DNA of 61,244 nucleotides from a virus (Duplodnaviria; Caudoviricetes): IMG/VR virus record IMGVR_UViG_3300034170_000071, positions 1 to 61,244 of that record; one strand, 5' to 3'. Shown piece by piece: positions 56,487 to 61,244 of this stretch (position 1 is its first letter; each line of letters starts with the position of its first letter). The notes under the pieces were generated by a model. It saw only the letters and a program-made list of their open reading frames with translations, ran no database searches and was not told where the DNA came from. The position numbers and the translations under genes were made by a program.

Positions 56487-57934
56487 TTGCGAATACTCCC
56501 AATCTGCGGTTTGTTAAGCCGCTTTCCAAATATATGGCGCTGCGTATTCGGATGTACGGACGCCAGCGCTTTGCCAAAACCTATACGGTGACGGGTGCAA
56601 ACCTGAACACCGTTACGCTTCCATTCACACCGAACAGCCCGGAAACGCTTGAGCTTTATTTGAATAGCATACGGGTTCTCGATGGTTACAACGTTAATGG
56701 GGCGGTGATTAAATTCACGCCTCCATTGGCGGGTAAACTCGAATGTGTTGACGATGATGTTTTCGTTGATATGAACGAGAAATGGTTGAGTGTTCCGTTG
56801 CCCAATTTGCTGCAATCGAATGACACGGCGAACACCGCATATGGCACGGATCGCCGCGAAGGCCAGCAGGTTGCAACGCACGCACACCCTGTATGCATTA
56901 CGCAGGGTGCTATCGGGTTCGCTCGCCCTAGTCCGGACAGTGAACAGCTGCTGTACTGCCCGTATTACGGAATGTATGGGCGTGACTCGATTACCTACGC
57001 AATTAAAACGGACTTGGGCCAATTGTCTGACTTCCGTTGCATTGATATTCGCGTGCGTGATCCTGCGTTTGTCCCGACAATGCGTATGGCTCTGCTGTCG
57101 TCTGTAGCCAGCCCCGTTAAAGTGAATGGCGTGTTAAAAGATGTGGTGCCGAACGATTCTTATCAAATCTACGGCGACACTCTTTCTGGCGGTAAATTCC
57201 TATTGCCTAACCGCGATTCGGATGAACCAAAAGAATACCATTTCGTTATTCAGGGTTCGGATGAAAATGGCGATTGGTTTGAACCTGAAGAGTATTTCGA
57301 TCCGGGTTCTTTCTCGATTGACGCACTGACGCAAACGGGATTCACCGTTACCTATATCGGGTCGGCTGTGGATTACGGTTTCGAGAATGCCACGCTTATT
57401 TCCGTTATGTGTGATCGTAACGGGGCCACGTTGCCTATCAGCTTGAAATATATGGGAACTACGCTGCTGCAATGCACAGTTACCAGCAACAAACCTACGG
57501 CGTTGGAAACCTTCCTGCTTAACGTTGAAAATCCATTGGTTACATTGGATAAAGGCACGGCCACAACTGCGGAATGGGTTTACAACGACGATTGGATCAC
57601 GACTGACGGAATTAACCTCAATACTGTGTGGGGAAATACTGCATTCGAATCTGTCCACGTGAGCGCCACCATGTCGTTTACGTTGCCGATCAATATGTAT
57701 GATCCAAAAACGCAATTGGCTGTTGCACCAATCGCCTATTCCAAAACGGTTACAGGTGCTTTCCTTACGGACGAAGATCCAGCGAACAACAAAGTGGTTC
57801 AACCACGTAACACAGAACAGACGTTGCTTTCTGGCGTCTATTGGAAAACTGCCGATCCATTCTCGGATCTATACGCTGGAAATATCGTATTGAAATCGAC
57901 ATTCGATTGGCAAATTGTGGTTGCGACTCCATAA
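56483..57934 (+). CDS. putative baseplate/tail structural protein
   Basis: Beta-rich; L.Y.P..G..GRDSITY.I tandem-Ig-type motif; structural context. Confidence 0.6.
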   Translation: MIANTPNLRFVKPLSKYMALRIRMYGRQRFAKTYTVTGANLNTVTLPFTPNSPETLELYLNSIRVLDGYNVNGAVIKFTPPLAGKLECVDDDVFVDMNEKWLSVPLPNLLQSNDTANTAYGTDRREGQQVATHAHPVCITQGAIGFARPSPDSEQLLYCPYYGMYGRDSITYAIKTDLGQLSDFRCIDIRVRDPAFVPTMRMALLSSVASPVKVNGVLKDVVPNDSYQIYGDTLSGGKFLLPNRDSDEPKEYHFVIQGSDENGDWFEPEEYFDPGSFSIDALTQTGFTVTYIGSAVDYGFENATLISVMCDRNGATLPISLKYMGTTLLQCTVTSNKPTALETFLLNVENPLVTLDKGTATTAEWVYNDDWITTDGINLNTVWGNTAFESVHVSATMSFTLPINMYDPKTQLAVAPIAYSKTVTGAFLTDEDPANNKVVQPRNTEQTLLSGVYWKTADPFSDLYAGNIVLKSTFDWQIVVATP

Positions 57935-57993
57935 TTTAAAGACAAAGGGCATTCCATTGTGAGTGCCCTAACTCATTAATAACTGGGGGCAAA

Positions 57994-58236
57994 ATGTCCA
58001 AATTCATTAATCCGCTGACTGTGCTTCGTCAGCAGAAAGAAGCAAAAGCACAACAAATCGCCGTTGCTTCCGCCTCTGAATTACAGGCGCAGGAATTGGC
58101 AACGGCCAGCGCATTGACGAACATTGATCCGTCTATGTGCCCTAAGTGCGGTCGTAAAATGGGTTTCGGTCTTTTGTATGATCGTACCCGCGTTTACTAC
58201 TGTGACGTTGATCGCGTTTCGCAGCCGATGGAATGA
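57994..58236 (+). CDS. small Zn-ribbon protein with IAVAS/LATAS motifs
   Basis: CPKCG..M....VYYC. Confidence 0.7.
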   Translation: MSKFINPLTVLRQQKEAKAQQIAVASASELQAQELATASALTNIDPSMCPKCGRKMGFGLLYDRTRVYYCDVDRVSQPME

Positions 58237-58241
58237 ATTAA

Positions 58242-60563
58242 ATGACTGATAAGCTGGTTTTACTCGACGCCGGGGAGCAGGCGCTAAATAACGCTAGCGC
58301 TGGCGGCATTCTGATCAAACCTGTTTCGTTCCGCATGGGCGACTCGGATTTGTACGCCGCTAGTACCCAACATACCGATATCGTCGGGCAATTCGTTTGC
58401 GGTGGGATTATCCACCACGTCGAAACTTTGAGTGCCCGCGTCTGCCGTTTCGTTCTGACAATCGACACTCGATTGCTTACCGCGCCGACCGAAGTTAAAG
58501 AGGTTGTTGTTTTCTTTGAAGGCAGCGTAGCGTTTGGTCGTGCAGTATTTGCCGTGCCTTATATCCTCAATCCAAATGAGCCTGTTCGACTTTCTGTTGT
58601 GCTGGCAACTTCGCGTGCTGACCTGACCACAATTAATGTGAGCGTGGGCGAACACGAATCCATCCCTAGCACCGCATTTCTTTACCGTTTGCCAAGTCCT
58701 GCAAACTCGGATTTTGCCGCTATTTCTGTATTGAATGGCAAACGAAATCCGGATGGCACTTCCAGCCCTGTAATCGCAACGCGGTACGGGGCAGGTTCGT
58801 TTCAGTGGGGTTTCACAGACCATAATCGGGTGTTTAACGGCAAGCCTACATCTGCCACCAGCACCACGTTTAAAATCAGTAGCTCGCTGCAATGGGCCGC
58901 TGACGAACAGGTAATTGTTCACGTTGTTGCGGGTTCTGGCGAAGGGCAAACGCGCCGTTTCCGTTGGAACGCAGGCGCCCAAGAATTCCGCGATCCGGAT
59001 GCACAGGCATTGCCGAATTTGGCGAATGCAACGATTGGTATTTGGAAACTCATTACCAGTTCGACCGGCCAGTCTGGCGGCCCCGGTGATGGCGGCGGAA
59101 GTCTGGTAATTCCACCGACTGTTGAAATCCCACAAGATTGGGTTTTGACTCCGGGCTCTGACGGCACGCTGGTATGGCAACCGCCTAAAGCTGCATCGCG
59201 CATTATTTCCACGCTTTACACCGGCCCGTCGAAACTCGATGTGCATGCCCTGAACTTTATGGGCAGCGGTGACGTTGCGCGGTATTCGACTGGTGAATTA
59301 GTCGCAGAAAACGCGAACTACATTTACCCGGCTGTTGGTTTGACCACGCAGCACCGTTCGGCTTTCCAATTGTCTGCGTCGGAACTGGAATTCGCGGAGA
59401 ATATTCCGTCTTCTGTTCCAATTGATTTGCGCGTATTTACCAAATCGCCATCGACCGGTACGCGTGCGGTTTTCACCACGTTGGAATTCACCGGTGACAG
59501 CCAGACAATCGAATATGATTTGGGCCAAGCGGTAGAAAGCAATTCGCATGTGTTTGCGTTTGTGCAATCGACGTTGCAACCGATCACCACGTACAGCATT
59601 GATCAAACGACCAATAAGCTGCGCATGATTGCCCCGGTTGAAGCTGGTTTGGACGTTGAACTCAAGCTGCTTTCGTACATTCAGGAAACCGGTTACAGCA
59701 CACGCGTAGTCACCAAGACGTATAGCATTCAGGGCGAAACGTATTACCTGAAACTTCCAACCAGTCCACAATCCATCGAACAGGTTTTTGTTAGCCAGTC
59801 CGGTGCGCATATTCACCAGAAAAACTACAGCCTAATCGACGACGCGTTGGTATTTACCTCCACGCTGGAACCCGATGTTGAAGTTGAAGTAATGGTGTTC
59901 GAAAACATTCAGTCGCAAGGCTCGGAACAAACTGGTCTGAATGGCATTGTGATTGACGGTTACGTTTCGCACAAAAACCTTGTGCTGTTGCGCCACGGTG
60001 CGCCGCCTGTTGAGTTGCCAATCCCTGCACCGAAAATTGCAGTGGGCGACGGCCTGACAATCGACAACGCTACCGGCACCGCAATGATTTCGCTTAACGC
60101 GGATGCATTTCCATCGCTGCGCAATTTCCGTTCGTGGTCGGTTGAACAATCGTCGAAAATCGCAACTGTTGCAGCTACGCAAACCGTAACGCTGACGCCT
60201 TCGCACGCGTCGATTTATCAAGTGGTTGCGGATTTCAGCGCGAAGCTCGGCCCCGGTTATCAGAGTGCGGAAGGTACTGAAAATATCGAGTTTGTTATCG
60301 GTATTCGCAGCGCTCAATCCAAAGAACCTGACTTCGGTCGGCAGATTCGCGGTACGGGCACAGCGGGTGTTGTTTCCAACAATGCGAAAGGCGGCACCGC
60401 ATTCTCCAATGCCAGCATGACGCAGTTGTTTAAAATTGACCCTGCAAACCACACCGCAGACACGATTGATATCGTTGCAAAAATGCGTGTGAATAATGCG
60501 AACACTGCACAGTTTGGTGTGCTGCTTTCTATCAACCTGAGCATTATCGAGATTCCAATATGA
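58242..60563 (+). CDS. tail fibre / baseplate-attachment protein
   Basis: N-terminal L.DAG.QAL.NA..GG..I....F.MGD fibre-attachment motif; repeated F.GD...Y.L beta modules. Confidence 0.7.
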   Translation: MTDKLVLLDAGEQALNNASAGGILIKPVSFRMGDSDLYAASTQHTDIVGQFVCGGIIHHVETLSARVCRFVLTIDTRLLTAPTEVKEVVVFFEGSVAFGRAVFAVPYILNPNEPVRLSVVLATSRADLTTINVSVGEHESIPSTAFLYRLPSPANSDFAAISVLNGKRNPDGTSSPVIATRYGAGSFQWGFTDHNRVFNGKPTSATSTTFKISSSLQWAADEQVIVHVVAGSGEGQTRRFRWNAGAQEFRDPDAQALPNLANATIGIWKLITSSTGQSGGPGDGGGSLVIPPTVEIPQDWVLTPGSDGTLVWQPPKAASRIISTLYTGPSKLDVHALNFMGSGDVARYSTGELVAENANYIYPAVGLTTQHRSAFQLSASELEFAENIPSSVPIDLRVFTKSPSTGTRAVFTTLEFTGDSQTIEYDLGQAVESNSHVFAFVQSTLQPITTYSIDQTTNKLRMIAPVEAGLDVELKLLSYIQETGYSTRVVTKTYSIQGETYYLKLPTSPQSIEQVFVSQSGAHIHQKNYSLIDDALVFTSTLEPDVEVEVMVFENIQSQGSEQTGLNGIVIDGYVSHKNLVLLRHGAPPVELPIPAPKIAVGDGLTIDNATGTAMISLNADAFPSLRNFRSWSVEQSSKIATVAATQTVTLTPSHASIYQVVADFSAKLGPGYQSAEGTENIEFVIGIRSAQSKEPDFGRQIRGTGTAGVVSNNAKGGTAFSNASMTQLFKIDPANHTADTIDIVAKMRVNNANTAQFGVLLSINLSIIEIPI

Positions 60564-60979
60564 GCCACTGGGTCGTCAACGGCACTTTGAGAAAAGGCGA
60601 TTGGATTGAAGGCGCAGTCGAGATTAGCGAAGAACATTATCGTTATTTCCTCGACAATTATGACCTTCTGACAATCAGCGTCGTAGACGGCAAGGTGCGC
60701 CACACTGTTGATATTGTGGCGTATCGGCGGGCTGCTGTTGCCAAACTTGAAAACGTGAATTACATCTTCGTGGATGATCGTAAATATTACGACGATGAAC
60801 TCCCGTATTTGAGTGAGCATTATTATTTGCGCAGCGGTGGCCCTTGCCTACTCACGAAGGAACAGATGATTAAGCTGGTGACTGAAAGAAATCGTGATTA
60901 CACACTTCGGCGCAGCGGCATCCAAACTGCTAAAACGCCGGAAGAGGTGGATGGGTATCTGACATGTCGAACTCTCTAA
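60560..60979 (+). CDS. putative tail fibre assembly protein
   Basis: Follows the fibre gene; AVEISEEHY, I..AKTPEEV. Confidence 0.55.
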   Translation: MSHWVVNGTLRKGDWIEGAVEISEEHYRYFLDNYDLLTISVVDGKVRHTVDIVAYRRAAVAKLENVNYIFVDDRKYYDDELPYLSEHYYLRSGGPCLLTKEQMIKLVTERNRDYTLRRSGIQTAKTPEEVDGYLTCRTL

Positions 60980-61244
60980 CAATTGCGGTATTAGACAATA
61001 AATCGGTAACGGTTCCAATCGGTGTAACGGTTCTGACAAACATCAAACGTCAGAACTCATTAAAGGTGCAGGCTGCGCAAACCGGCACCGAAGTTGTGGC
61101 CCCGAATTATACGGCCATTGACGCACCCGGTTATGACGGTGAACAGGCGTATCGAACTGACGCCGATGAGGTTTATTTCTCAACACCGTCTGCCCGTAGT
61201 GCATTGCGCTTGGCTGAAATCGTTTTTGACGATCAAACTGGCGT
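60964..61244 (+). CDS. putative structural protein (3' partial)
   Basis: MSNSLTIAVLDNK... open to the window end; GAGGTGG upstream. Confidence 0.65.
   Translation, partial: MSNSLTIAVLDNKSVTVPIGVTVLTNIKRQNSLKVQAAQTGTEVVAPNYTAIDAPGYDGEQAYRTDADEVYFSTPSARSALRLAEIVFDDQTG

Overview
A gene-dense, standard-code segment of a large (jumbo-type) lytic myovirus genome. No tRNA, rRNA, CRISPR array or host housekeeping block was seen; a Pseudomonas-like host is only an inference. Layout: (1) 1-9.5 kb, small accessory genes (YqeY-like, DUF1289, Tad2/DUF2829 and Acb2/Tad1-like sponge candidates), a sigma70-like factor, gp32-like SSB and UvsX/RecA; (2) 9.6-23 kb, HNH nuclease, a second sigma-like gene, DnaB helicase, large terminase with an intein, a KTSC protein and the portal; (3) 23-29 kb, baseplate spike, fibre-like proteins, SprT protease, MmcB-like nuclease and thymidylate kinase; (4) 29-45.6 kb, a run of mostly unrelated proteins sharing one short N-terminal peptide; (5) 45.7-51.1 kb, a minus-strand operon with thyA, DHFR and small capsid-fragment-like genes; (6) 51.2-61.2 kb, PAAR, baseplate wedge and fibre genes. 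Top candidate system: a conserved N-terminal tag M-[EK]-[ILMV]-x-[ILV]-A-[LTV]-[ASG] on about a dozen diverse cargo proteins (GNAT-topoisomerase IB, an ART-like protein, three modular paralogs), resembling a capsid-targeting/maturation signal for co-packaged, injected effectors. Also notable: a promoter- and terminator-bounded, rod-shaped ~200-nt ncRNA right after the portal gene; truncated major-capsid-like genes in non-structural operons; two sigma factors with two candidate promoter motifs. All family calls come from recognising motifs by eye, not from database searches.
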